A program made the position numbers and the translations under genes. A DNA stretch of 64,000 bases from Pirellulales bacterium (GTDB taxonomy: Bacteria; Planctomycetota; Planctomycetia; Pirellulales; DATAWG01), in assembly GCA_035939775.1 (NCBI GenBank), contig DASZFO010000380.1, positions 6,577 through 70,576 of the forward strand, written 5' to 3'. A model generated the notes under the pieces. It saw only the letters and a program-made list of their open reading frames with translations, ran no database searches and was not told where the DNA came from. Of the stretch, positions 36,111 to 45,687 are shown one piece after another (the first letter of the stretch is position 1; each line of letters starts with the position of its first letter).

Positions 36111-37274
36111 ATGCAGCGCCTCACAAGCGAGGCGGCTAACGATCTCTCGCCATTTCCCCTGGCGCCTATGCAACGTTCATGGATCGCAAACCGGACCGCC
36201 TTGTTCGACAGCTCGGGCATCCGCAAGGTCTTCGAGTTGGCGGCCAAGATGCGCAATCCAATCAATCTATCGATCGGCCAGCCCGATTTCGATGTGCCGG
36301 AAGCCGCGCGGCAAGCGGCAATCGAGGCCATCGGGAGCGGCAAGAACGGTTATGCGATCACACAAGGAATGCCCGTGCTCCGCGAGAAGCTGCAAGCCCA
36401 GGTCGACGCCGAATACGACCATGCGGACCGTAAGCTGTTCGTTAGTAGCGGAACCAGCGGCGGGCTGGTGTTGGCGATGCTGGCGCTCGTGAATCCCGGC
36501 GACGAAGTGATCGTATTCGATCCGTATTTCGTGATGTACGAGCCGCTGGTGAAGTTGGTCGATGCCGTGCCGGTCGTGATCGACACGTATCCGCACTTCC
36601 ACATCGATCTGGATCGCGTGCAAAGTGCAATTACTAAGCGCACCAAGCTGATTCTTTTCAACAGCCCGGCCAATCCGACCGGCGTCGTGGCGGATGAGGC
36701 GGAAATTCGCGGGCTGGCGGAATTGGCAGCGAAGGCAGACGTGGCGCTTGTAAGCGACGAAATCTACCGGATGTTTTGCTACGACCGGCCCTTCGTTTCG
36801 CCCGCTCGTTTCAATTCGAGGACGCTGGTGCTCGACGGTTTTTCCAAGTCCTATGGCATGACCGGCTGGCGGTTAGGTTTTGTTCATGGCCCGGCCGAAT
36901 TGGTCGAGGAGATGATCAAGCTGCAGCAGTATTCGTTCGTCTGCGCCCCGCAGCCATTTCAATGGGCAGGCGCTGCGGCCCTCGATATCGACATGCGACC
37001 GCACGTCGAGGAATATCGGCGCAAGCGCGATCGAATCGTCGCCGGACTGCGCGAGCATTACGAATTGGAAACGCCCGGCGGGGCCTTTTATGCGTTTCCG
37101 AAAGTTCCTCGCGGAACCGCCTGCGAGTTCGTCGCTCGGGCAATCGAGAACGAGCTGCTCATCATCCCCGGCAACATTTTCAGTCGCCGCGACACGCACT
37201 TCCGCATTTCTTACGCAGCGACAGAGGAGACGATCGAGCGCGGGATCGATGTACTGCGGAAATTGGCAGGATAA
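36111..37274 (+). CDS. Pyridoxal-phosphate-dependent aminotransferase (class I, aspartate aminotransferase-like)
   Basis: 387 aa. Contains NLSIGQPDF. The PLP-lysine motif is GFSKSYGMTGWRLG. Confidence 0.9.
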   Translation: MQRLTSEAANDLSPFPLAPMQRSWIANRTALFDSSGIRKVFELAAKMRNPINLSIGQPDFDVPEAARQAAIEAIGSGKNGYAITQGMPVLREKLQAQVDAEYDHADRKLFVSSGTSGGLVLAMLALVNPGDEVIVFDPYFVMYEPLVKLVDAVPVVIDTYPHFHIDLDRVQSAITKRTKLILFNSPANPTGVVADEAEIRGLAELAAKADVALVSDEIYRMFCYDRPFVSPARFNSRTLVLDGFSKSYGMTGWRLGFVHGPAELVEEMIKLQQYSFVCAPQPFQWAGAAALDIDMRPHVEEYRRKRDRIVAGLREHYELETPGGAFYAFPKVPRGTACEFVARAIENELLIIPGNIFSRRDTHFRISYAATEETIERGIDVLRKLAG

Positions 37275-37317
37275 TGCGCCAAACTCATTCGAAGAACTGT
37301 CGGACTGGAAACGCCGC

Positions 37318-37350
37318 GAGCCCGCGACCGGGCTTGCCGATCGCGGGCTC
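37318..37350. terminator. Strong hairpin between convergent aminotransferase and clpX genes
   Basis: Perfect 10-bp stem GAGCCCGCGA-ccgggcttgccga-TCGCGGGCTC. A second, weaker CCCGCG/CGCGGG hairpin lies at about 37374-37400. Confidence 0.6.
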
Positions 37351-37407
37351 GATAGGAGAGAGCGCGAACTCAACCCCCGCGGCCGTTTCTGGGCGCGGGC
37401 TTGAACG

Positions 37408-38691
37408 TTACGCGCTTTTGTTCTTGGCTTCCACGATCGGGAACGCTCGCTCGCGCCCCAATACGTTCGCCTCGCTGATGAGGTACGAGGCGCCGGAATT
37501 CTCGGGCAGATCGAACATGATGTCCAGCATCACCTCTTCAATGATCGACCGCAGACCCCGTGCGCCTGTTTCCTTTTCTTGGGCTCTTTTGGCAATTGCC
37601 CGAAGTCCCTCTTCGGTGAACTGCAAATCGGCCCCTTCCATGGCGAACAACTTCTGGTATTGCTTGACCAAGGCGTTCTTCGGCTCGCGGAGCACGCGAA
37701 CTAAAGCCTCGCTGTCCAGCGGCTTGAGGGCCGAAATGACCGGCAGCCGCCCGACCAGCTCGGGAATCAGGCCGAATTCGAGAATGTCGTCCGAATCGAC
37801 TTGAGGCAACAATTCCGAAACGTCCGCGTCGCCGCGCATGCCGCTCTGCTGACCGAAACCGATCGTCCGCTTGCCGAGCCGCTTGGCGATGATTTTCTCG
37901 ATCCCGACGAATGTCCCGCCGCAGATGAACAAGATGTTGGTCGTGTCCATCTGAATATACTGCTGCTCCGGATGCTTGCGGCCCCCTTGCGGCGGCACGT
38001 TGGCCACCGTGCCTTCGAGCATCTTGAGCAGCGCCTGTTGCACTCCTTCGCCGGAAACATCGCGTGTGATCGAGACGTTCTGGCTCGTCTTGCCGATCTT
38101 GTCGATCTCGTCGATGTAGAGCACGCCGCGCTGCGCCGACTCGAGGTCGAAATCGGCCGCGTGCAAGAGCTTCAGCAGCAGATTCTCGACATCTTCGCCC
38201 ACATAGCCCGCCTCGGTCAGCGTCGTCGCGTCGCCGATCGCGAAGGGCACAGTGAGAATCTTGGCCAACGTCCGGGCCAAGAGCGTCTTGCCGCAGCCCG
38301 TCGGACCAAGGAGCATGATGTTCGACTTATCGACCTCGATATCCGAGCCTTCGGCGCCGAGCGTCAGCCGCTTGTAGTGGCTGTGCACGGCCACCGCGAG
38401 CACTTTCTTGGCGTGCTCCTGGCCGATCACGTATTCGTCGAGATGCGCAACGATCTCACGAGGCGAGGGGATGCGCGTGAAGAGCTGTTTGCTCGTGCCG
38501 CGCCGCCTCCGCTCCTGATCCAGAATCGATTGACACAGCTCGATGCATTCACCGCAGATATATACGTCGCCGGGGCCTTCGACCAACGGCCCGACGTCGC
38601 GATAACTCTTTCGGCAGAAAGAACAAAAAGCGTTCTTTTTGGTCGTTCCGCCGCCGCGCCGGCCAAGATTAACGTCCCTACCGGAGGGCAT
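37408..38691 (-). CDS. clpX: ATP-dependent Clp protease ATP-binding subunit ClpX
   Basis: 427 aa. Zinc ribbon [16 protein letters not shown]. Walker [12 protein letters not shown]. No clpP gene next to it in this window. Confidence 0.97.
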   Translation of the reverse strand: MPSGRDVNLGRRGGGTTKKNAFCSFCRKSYRDVGPLVEGPGDVYICGECIELCQSILDQERRRRGTSKQLFTRIPSPREIVAHLDEYVIGQEHAKKVLAVAVHSHYKRLTLGAEGSDIEVDKSNIMLLGPTGCGKTLLARTLAKILTVPFAIGDATTLTEAGYVGEDVENLLLKLLHAADFDLESAQRGVLYIDEIDKIGKTSQNVSITRDVSGEGVQQALLKMLEGTVANVPPQGGRKHPEQQYIQMDTTNILFICGGTFVGIEKIIAKRLGKRTIGFGQQSGMRGDADVSELLPQVDSDDILEFGLIPELVGRLPVISALKPLDSEALVRVLREPKNALVKQYQKLFAMEGADLQFTEEGLRAIAKRAQEKETGARGLRSIIEEVMLDIMFDLPENSGASYLISEANVLGRERAFPIVEAKNKSA

Positions 38692-38867
38692 GCCAGGTCC
38701 TTTCTAATTCGCCCAAATCCGCGCTGCAATCTCAACACACGCGGCGTGGGCCATCGATCCAAAAGTAGTCGCTCGAGTGGCTAGAACCACCGTCGGTCTT
38801 TGCTTTTGCCAGGGGCGCATCCTTGTCCGCACTCGCATCGAGCCGCATCAAAAACGCTTTCTTCCTC

Positions 38868-39125
38868 TTAACCCTTGTCGCTAGTATCCTTTAACTCGTC
38901 ATGGAGCCGCTGGGCTAACAGCGTCTTTATAGTTCGGAATTCCTCGTCGCTCAGCCCACCTTGCGAGTGCATTTCGCGGAATTTAGTCAGCAGGTTGCTG
39001 GCTGGTGGTTGATCCTCCTCCGCACGACCGCGAAACCTTCCCAGCAGATAAACCGCCAAGGCGATTAACAACGCAAGAACCGTACACCATACCAAAGCCG
39101 CCGCGATATGATGCCAGTCGACCAT
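38868..39125 (-). CDS. Small membrane protein with a SHOCT-like C-terminal helix
   Basis: Start at MVDWHHIAAALVWCTVLALLIALAVYLLG. C-terminal segment GGLSDEEFRTIKTLLAQRL. Confidence 0.5.
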   Translation of the reverse strand: MVDWHHIAAALVWCTVLALLIALAVYLLGRFRGRAEEDQPPASNLLTKFREMHSQGGLSDEEFRTIKTLLAQRLHDELKDTSDKG

Positions 39126-39475
39126 CGTCCTAGCCGCCCCGCTCAGGCCGCGTTGCAGGCTCACCCTCACAAACGGTCGCCTGGCCCATGCGACTCTATC
39201 CACGCCGCTTCGAACAGTCCATTATGCCTCTGTCCGGTGGGAGAGTCCATGATTTACCAATCGCGAATTCTGACGACTTGGCTGCAACTTGGCAGTTGGG
39301 GCAACGCAAGCAAACTGGCAATTGATTGGCGAGAGTGTGCTCGCCCGCAGACTACGCCCAGATTCTCCACTCGCTGTCAGCAAATTCCCCTGCTCAAGCG
39401 GCTCGTTCAGCAATTCCGATACGTTGATTACGGTCGCACTCTCTGAAGGATCGATCAGCGGCCGAAGGGGGGGAA

Positions 39476-41248
39476 ATGCGGAAGTTTCGGATCATATTGC
39501 TGCCGCTTTGCGCTCTGGCGATGTTCATGTCGCGGCCGGCTTTTCCAGCGCTGAACGGTATCGGGCAGACGAACGATTCTCCGGCGCCGATGATCACCCG
39601 TATCACCCGGCAAACGTCGTTCTCGGTCCCGTTTATTCCGCCGAACGATCAGGATGCAGTTGAGATTCGGCTGTTTGTTTCCAGCGATGGCGGCGCCAGT
39701 TGGCAGTTGGTCGACAGAGTCGGACCACAGCAGAAAAGCTTCACCTTTCGCGCTCCGCACGACGGTGAGTATTGGTTTCTAATCCAAACGGTTGACCGCC
39801 AAGGACGCCTGAAACCGGAAGATATGCGGGCACCTAGACTACGGGTGATCGTCGATACGATGCCGCCGCGACTGGAACTCGCGGCGGCGCGCTCACCATC
39901 GGGCGAAATCGTGGTTCGTTGGCAGGCGGTCGATCCGCTGTTGAAGGCCGACAGTCTCAGGATGGAATATCAAATCGCCGGCGAAAACGGCTGGCGTTCG
40001 GTTCAATTCCAATCGCTGCGCGACGACCCCAGCCGCAGCACCGCTACCGGCGACGTCGCCTGGCGACCTGCGGGCCCCGGCGCCGTCATTTTGCGCGGCG
40101 AGATTTCAGATCGGGCCGGCAATACGGCGGTCACGCAGGCAACTGTGGCAGACGGACCGCCGGCCGCGGAGGGTCCGGCACTCGGAGCGCCGGCTGGTCG
40201 GCCCACGGCCACGGAGCCGCCCCGTGCCTCGCCGCAAACCAGCGAACGGCATGATCTAACGGCCGGACGAAAATCGCCGCGGCGCCCGGCGGCGAGTTCG
40301 AATTCCGGCTCGGCGATGGCCGATTCGTCCGGCGGTGCGGCTTGGCCTGCGGATCAAGTGGCCTCGCGTCCACTTCAGACTTCTGCCCTTCACGCCAGAC
40401 AAAGTGACGAAGACGCTCGCGGCGGAGAATTCATCCCGACCGGCCAATCCGTATGTGCGCAGGCGACGCCGCCGGCAACCACCGAGCCAGTCGAGAGCCG
40501 TGTCAATCCACCGATCACGGAGCATGTGGTGGCTCCGCCGGCGTCGGGCAATATCTTCACTCAGGGGCTGCCGCCCGGCGAACGACCATACATGGTCAAC
40601 TCGCGGAAATTCGCGCTCGAATACGAAGTCGAGTCGGTCGGCCCCGCTGGAATCGCAAAGGTCGAGATTTGGGGCACGCGCGACGGCGGCCGGACGTGGG
40701 ACAGTTATGATGTCAGTGAGCCAAACGGCGAAGGGCCGGTCCGCGTGAGCGTCGAGGGAGAAGGGCTGTACGGATTCCGAATCACCGTGCAAGATCGAAA
40801 CGGATTCGGCGGCCGACCCCCGCGAAGCGGTGATGTACCCGAGCTGTGGGTCGGGGTCGATCTCACCAAGCCCATCGCCAAGCTGACGGGCATCGACCTC
40901 GGCGCCGGCGAACACAGCGGAGAGCTGGTCATCCGCTGGGACGCGAGCGATGCACTGCTGGCGGCGCGCCCCGTTACGCTCTCGTTCAGCGAGCGGCCCG
41001 ATGGCCCCTGGTCGACGATCGCCGCCGGACTGGAAAATACGGGTGTCTTTAACTGGCGATTCGACAATCGCGTGCCCGACCGCATCTATCTGCGGTTAGA
41101 GGTTCGCGACGAAGCGGGCAATGTCGGCGAATTCCAAACGCCCGATTCCATCTCGATCACCCCAAACCGGCCTCAAGGCCGTCTCCGTAGCGTCCGCCCG
41201 ATGGAAGACGAAGCATCGCGCGTGCAGGTCTACCATTTCTATCAGTAG
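39476..41248 (+). CDS. Secreted protein with Asp-box (BNR-like) motifs and a disordered Pro/Ala/Ser-rich middle
   Basis: Signal peptide MRKFRIILLPLCALAMFMS. Asp-boxes SSDGGASW and TRDGGRTW. ATG is preceded by GAAGGGGGGG. Confidence 0.6.
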   Translation: MRKFRIILLPLCALAMFMSRPAFPALNGIGQTNDSPAPMITRITRQTSFSVPFIPPNDQDAVEIRLFVSSDGGASWQLVDRVGPQQKSFTFRAPHDGEYWFLIQTVDRQGRLKPEDMRAPRLRVIVDTMPPRLELAAARSPSGEIVVRWQAVDPLLKADSLRMEYQIAGENGWRSVQFQSLRDDPSRSTATGDVAWRPAGPGAVILRGEISDRAGNTAVTQATVADGPPAAEGPALGAPAGRPTATEPPRASPQTSERHDLTAGRKSPRRPAASSNSGSAMADSSGGAAWPADQVASRPLQTSALHARQSDEDARGGEFIPTGQSVCAQATPPATTEPVESRVNPPITEHVVAPPASGNIFTQGLPPGERPYMVNSRKFALEYEVESVGPAGIAKVEIWGTRDGGRTWDSYDVSEPNGEGPVRVSVEGEGLYGFRITVQDRNGFGGRPPRSGDVPELWVGVDLTKPIAKLTGIDLGAGEHSGELVIRWDASDALLAARPVTLSFSERPDGPWSTIAAGLENTGVFNWRFDNRVPDRIYLRLEVRDEAGNVGEFQTPDSISITPNRPQGRLRSVRPMEDEASRVQVYHFYQ

Positions 41249-41394
41249 GCGATCGCCTGCCGACTGACCCCATCCCCTCCCCTGCCCTGGTCCGATATAC
41301 TTGGCGCATGGGGTTGTGAGCTTGGCTAATTTCCGGACGCCGCCGGGGAGCGCACCACAGAGACGGCGCCACCGCTTGGACGCCGCGTGTTTCA

Positions 41395-42594
41395 ATGGCC
41401 AAATCGAAGGCTGCATCCGGACGCGAAGCGATCGCCGCGCTCGACTATTTGGCTCACGCGGCGGACTATCCGCCGCGGGCGGTATGCGTGCTGTTTGGCG
41501 ACGAGCCGTTCTTGAAGAGCGAGGTTTTGGGTGCGCTCAGGTCGGTCGTCCTATCTGACGACCAGGCAGAGTTTTCCTCGCGCACGTTCGCGGGCGACGA
41601 AACGGAGCCGCGATCCGTGTTCGATGAATTGGCCACCGTAGCGCTCTTTGGCAGCGTCCGGCGTTTCGTGGTCGTTGCGGAAGCGGATGATTTCGTGAGC
41701 GCCAATCGGCCAGTGCTTGAGGATTACGCCGCCAAACCTTGCGCGACTGGTGTGCTCGTGCTCGACGTAAAGACATGGCCAAGCAACACGCGGCTCTTCA
41801 AGCAATTGGCCGAAACCGGTCTGCAGATCGACTGCAAAGCGCCGGCCGACGCGGCATTGCTCCCCTGGCTCCGCGACCGCGCCGAACGACAGTATCATGC
41901 GGCTTTCGCACGCGGAGCGGCGGAGCGTTTGCTCGAAATCGTCGGCCCTCAAATGGGGCGCCTCGATCAAGAAACGGCGAAACTCTCGCTTCTATCGGCG
42001 GCCCCTGCGCTGCCCTCCCCTGCCCCTCCCTCGGCTTCTCGGGTTCCCGACGCCCGTCCGGTGCCCCCTCGATCCACGAACCCTCCGCCGATCACCGTGC
42101 AACTGATCGAGGACGCAGTCGGCGGCTGGCGGGCAAAAACGGCTTGGGAGATGATCGACGCCGCAGCGGCCGGCGATGCCCGTGAGGCGCTCATCCAACT
42201 CGACCGCTTGATTCTGGCCGGCGAGAGCCCGGTGGCCCTGATGGGGCAAATCGCCTGGAGATTCCGGCAGCTTGCCGCCGCCGCGCGGATCGCCATGCAA
42301 GCCCAAGCCGTGGGTCAACGTGCTAATTTGCGTCACGCGCTCGAGCAGGTCGGCGTAAAGACCTGGCAAGGAGCCATGGACAAAGCCGAGGCAAATATGC
42401 GGCAGCTCGGCGCCCGCCGCGCCGGGCAGCTTTATCACTGGCTGTTGGAGGCCGACCTCGCGCTCAAGGGATCCAGTTCCTCCGGCGACCGCGCCCGCCT
42501 CGTCCTCGAACAGCTATTTGTCCGCATGTCGCGGCAACTCGCCCCGGCCCAGCCTGGTGCGCATCCTCGAACACCGGCGTCTAGAATTGGATGA
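41395..42594 (+). CDS. holA: DNA polymerase III subunit delta
   Basis: 399 aa. The N-terminal segment [16 protein letters not shown] and overall helical C-terminal layout are HolA-like. Contains a Pro-rich insert at about 41990-42075. Confidence 0.7.
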   Translation: MAKSKAASGREAIAALDYLAHAADYPPRAVCVLFGDEPFLKSEVLGALRSVVLSDDQAEFSSRTFAGDETEPRSVFDELATVALFGSVRRFVVVAEADDFVSANRPVLEDYAAKPCATGVLVLDVKTWPSNTRLFKQLAETGLQIDCKAPADAALLPWLRDRAERQYHAAFARGAAERLLEIVGPQMGRLDQETAKLSLLSAAPALPSPAPPSASRVPDARPVPPRSTNPPPITVQLIEDAVGGWRAKTAWEMIDAAAAGDAREALIQLDRLILAGESPVALMGQIAWRFRQLAAAARIAMQAQAVGQRANLRHALEQVGVKTWQGAMDKAEANMRQLGARRAGQLYHWLLEADLALKGSSSSGDRARLVLEQLFVRMSRQLAPAQPGAHPRTPASRIG

Positions 42595-42607
42595 TAATAG
42601 AAGCAGC

Positions 42608-44035
42608 ATGTCGCACGAGTTCTATGAGAATCCGCTGACCAATCGCTACGCCTCGCGCGAGATGAGTGCGCTGTGGGGCTCCGAGCGCAAGTTTCGCACC
42701 TGGCGGCGGCTTTGGGTCTGGCTGGCCGAGGCCGAGGCCGAACTCGGGCTGGATATTTCCGCGCTGCAGATCGAGCAACTTCGCTCGCATATCGACGCGA
42801 TCGACTTCGCCGCGGCCGACCGTTACGAGCGCAAGCTCCGCCATGACGTGATGGCCCATGTGCATGCCTTCGGCGATCAATGCCCAGAAGCGCGGCGAAT
42901 CATTCATCTTGGCGCCACGAGCTGCTATGTCACCGACAACACCGATTTGATGTTGATGCGCGACGGGTTGAAGCTGCTGGCCGGCCGCTTGGCTTCGACG
43001 ATCGATCAACTCGCGGCGTTCGCCGAATCGCATCGTACCCTGCCCTGCCTCGGCTTCACGCATTTGCAGCCGGCGCAGCCGACAACAGTCGGCAAGCGGG
43101 CCTGTTTATGGGCCTACGACCTCGCGCTCGACCTCTCGGAAATCGAGCGCCGGATCGACGAACTCAAGGCCCGCGGCGTGAAAGGCACCACCGGCACGCA
43201 GGCCAGCTTCTTGCAGCTCTTCGGCGGCGACCACGAGAAGGTCCGCCAACTGGACGAACTCGTGGCGCGAAAAATGGGCTTCGATGCAACGTACCCGGTC
43301 ACAGGACAAACGTACTCGCGCAAGGTGGATTCACAAGTGCTCGCGGCGCTCTCCGGGATCGCCCAGAGCGCGCACAAGATGGCAACCGACCTGCGACTCT
43401 TGGCCAATCGCAAGGAATTGGAGGAGCCCTTTGAGGAAGAGCAAATCGGCTCCTCCGCAATGGCCTACAAACGAAATCCGATGCGAGCCGAGCGCATCTG
43501 CGGGCTGGCCCGATTCGTGATGAGCCTCGAATCGAGCACCGCCGCCACGGCATCGACGCAATGGCTTGAGCGCACGCTCGACGACAGCGCGAATCGCCGG
43601 CTCGTGCTTCCGCAGTCCTTCCTGGCCGTCGATGCTCTGCTGTTGCTTTACCAGAACATCGCGTCCGGCCTGGTCGTATATCCGCAGGTCATTGCTCGCA
43701 ATCTGGCCGAGGAGCTGCCATTCATGGCGACGGAGATGATCTTGATGGCGGGCGTGGCCGCTGGAGGGGATCGGCAGGATCTGCACGAGCGAATCCGCCG
43801 GCACAGCCAAGCCGCCGCCGCACAAGTGAAAACGCAGGGCGCAAGGAATGATTTGCTCGAACGGCTCGCCGACGATCCGGCTTTCGCGGCCGTCGATCTC
43901 AAGCGAGCCGTCAACAGCGCGCACTTCATCGGCCGCGCGCCTGAGCAGGTGGATGAATTCCTTGCCGAAATCGTCGCCCCCATCCGACGCCGCTACTCGG
44001 ATTCGCTTGGCACAGCCGCCGAAGTGAACGTTTAG
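42608..44035 (+). CDS. purB: Adenylosuccinate lyase
   Basis: Start at [23 protein letters not shown]. Contains [16 protein letters not shown] and the signature [11 protein letters not shown]. Confidence 0.95.
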   Translation: MSHEFYENPLTNRYASREMSALWGSERKFRTWRRLWVWLAEAEAELGLDISALQIEQLRSHIDAIDFAAADRYERKLRHDVMAHVHAFGDQCPEARRIIHLGATSCYVTDNTDLMLMRDGLKLLAGRLASTIDQLAAFAESHRTLPCLGFTHLQPAQPTTVGKRACLWAYDLALDLSEIERRIDELKARGVKGTTGTQASFLQLFGGDHEKVRQLDELVARKMGFDATYPVTGQTYSRKVDSQVLAALSGIAQSAHKMATDLRLLANRKELEEPFEEEQIGSSAMAYKRNPMRAERICGLARFVMSLESSTAATASTQWLERTLDDSANRRLVLPQSFLAVDALLLLYQNIASGLVVYPQVIARNLAEELPFMATEMILMAGVAAGGDRQDLHERIRRHSQAAAAQVKTQGARNDLLERLADDPAFAAVDLKRAVNSAHFIGRAPEQVDEFLAEIVAPIRRRYSDSLGTAAEVNV

Positions 44036-44100
44036 CCGTGAGCGGCGTGCCAGACGCCCGTCCTTGCGAGTCCCGAGCCCCGAATCCCCTGCCCAGGGGC

Positions 44101-44601
44101 CTAAACCAGTTCCAATCGCCGCATCTTCTGCCGTGCCTGGCGGCACTCCGCGCAAATCCCGGTGATGATGAGGCGATGGCCGACGACGCGGAACTGGTGC
44201 TCGCGCGCCACCGCGTCACGAATGCGCTGCACGTCTTCGCTGGCGAATTCGATCAGCTTATGACACTGCTGGCAGTAGAGATGATCGTGCTGCGGATAGC
44301 CGTAGTCGTGCTCATAGACGGCCCGGCCGGCGAGGTCCATTTTCCTGAGCAATCCCGCTTCGACCATTTCGGCGAGCGTGCGATAGACGGTCGGCCGGCT
44401 CACCTTGCGATGATCGACCACCTTGGCCAGATCGACGAGCAATTGGTCGGCATCGAAATGCTCGTGCCGCAACGAGACCTGCTCGACGATGATCCGCCGC
44501 TGCACGGTGATCCGCTTGCCGCGACTTTGCAGAAACTCGGCAAACCGTTCGAGCGGCTTGAGCGCCACCTCAACGGTGCCCAATGAGAAGTCTTGCGACA
44601 T
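44101..44601 (-). CDS. Fur family transcriptional regulator
   Basis: Start at MSQDFSLG. Winged-helix segment VSRPTVYRTLAEMVEAGLL. Metal-site residues HDHLYCQQCHKLIEF..GICAEC. Confidence 0.8.
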   Translation of the reverse strand: MSQDFSLGTVEVALKPLERFAEFLQSRGKRITVQRRIIVEQVSLRHEHFDADQLLVDLAKVVDHRKVSRPTVYRTLAEMVEAGLLRKMDLAGRAVYEHDYGYPQHDHLYCQQCHKLIEFASEDVQRIRDAVAREHQFRVVGHRLIITGICAECRQARQKMRRLELV

Positions 44602-44626
44602 TTGCTCTGACCCGGAAAAAGGACCG

Positions 44627-44645
44627 AGAATTACCACTGAATTCT
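44627..44645. promoter_or_regulatory. Perfect 6-7-6 palindrome AGAATT-accactg-AATTCT upstream of the Fur-family gene
   Basis: Located 26-44 nt upstream of the fur-like start codon (44601, minus strand). Candidate operator; it is not the classical Fur box. Confidence 0.3.
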
Positions 44646-45003
44646 AGATCATCCCGCGACGGTAACAAGTGTTGCTCAACCTCCGCGGCCGGGCTTCAGC
44701 GTGCCGAAACAGACCCATTGAGACAACGAGGGACCACCGGGCAGGGCTTTTGCTTTTTTCACAAAGGGAGACTTGCGCAGGTGCAAGCATCGCTATCCCC
44801 GGTCCACCAACAAACGACTTGCGCTGATTTCAGGTCTATCACCGCCCACGCAAATTGAAACAATCAAAAGCCCTGGACCACCGGGAGGCCCGATAGACCG
44901 AGCGAGCAAGCCACGTTATACTCGATCGAGTTGGACGATCCCCAAGCCGCCTGCACCAACCGCTTTTTTTGGTGCCGGCCGGATGGCGATCATCGACCTC
45001 CCC

Positions 45004-45076
45004 GCGGGCGTAGCTCAGTTGGCAGAGCGCTAGCTTCCCAAGCTGGATGTCGAGGGTTCGAGTCCCTTCGCCCGCT
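45004..45076 (+). tRNA. tRNA-Gly (anticodon CCC)
   Basis: Hand-folded cloverleaf of 73 nt. Acceptor stem GCGGGCG/CGCCCGC, D stem GCTC/GAGC, anticodon stem CTAGC/GCTGG with loop TTCCCAA, T stem GAGGG/CCCTT with loop TTCGAGT, discriminator T. Confidence 0.9.
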
Positions 45077-45687
45077 CTTTCTCAATGCATAACCGTTTCT
45101 GGTTTTGCCAAACGCAGCTTTGTCACCCGTTCGTCGGGTCTTGCGCTGTGATCCGCTCATTCAAACCGCGAATCAGTTCCTCCCTGAACGAGATTATTGC
45201 CGCGTAGCTCAGCCGGCGATGCCATCGGCAACTTCAATGACCCGCGGCACTTGCGGGATTATCGCCGCGCGCCTGCTCGCCGAAAAACGCTCCGGCCCGG
45301 ACGGCCTTTTTAAAAATCTCAATAATCCCTAAAAAACTCAATCAAAATCGTTGCAGGGGATGGAGCTTTGTGGCACACTGCGACAACGCGCCTCGCGAAG
45401 CGGGACGCGTGCGCGGGTCGGCGTTTTTTGTCGTGCCCGGGGGCGGAATTCCAGGTCGGCTCGTGTTTCCCGCTCGGCAGCTTGCTTTGAGCGCCGGCCC
45501 TAACTATTGTATTTGAGACCTCTTATCTATTGCTTTTCGCTCCCGGTTTGGGAGTTGCGGAGACAGCGGCCGCCGGTTCTTGCAGAGAGACGCCGGCCCG
45601 GCGCGTGCGCGGTTTTGCGGAGAGAGCGGTTAGTTGACGCAAACTTTTTCGCCCACCAGATTCATTTCCGGTCAGGAGCCTTTGGCT

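Noticed and set aside
36776-38784. + ORFs 36776-37804 (342 aa) and 37801-38784 (327 aa).
   Set aside because: The first is out of frame with the aminotransferase and then antisense to clpX. The second is antisense to clpX. Both real genes are unambiguous.
44640-45003. Possible small RNA in the 360-bp spacer upstream of tRNA-Gly (short hairpins CTTGC-gcaggt-GCAAG and GCACCAA..TTGGTGC, and a duplicated GGACCACCGGG).
   Set aside because: The stems are short and I recognise no known RNA family (tmRNA, RNase P, SRP, 6S). It needs an Infernal/Rfam scan before any call.
45195-45270. A second tRNA gene downstream of tRNA-Gly (gccgcgtagctcagccgg...).
   Set aside because: Only the acceptor/D-arm-like 5' part is present. 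There is no matching D-stem return, anticodon arm, T-arm or 3' acceptor strand.
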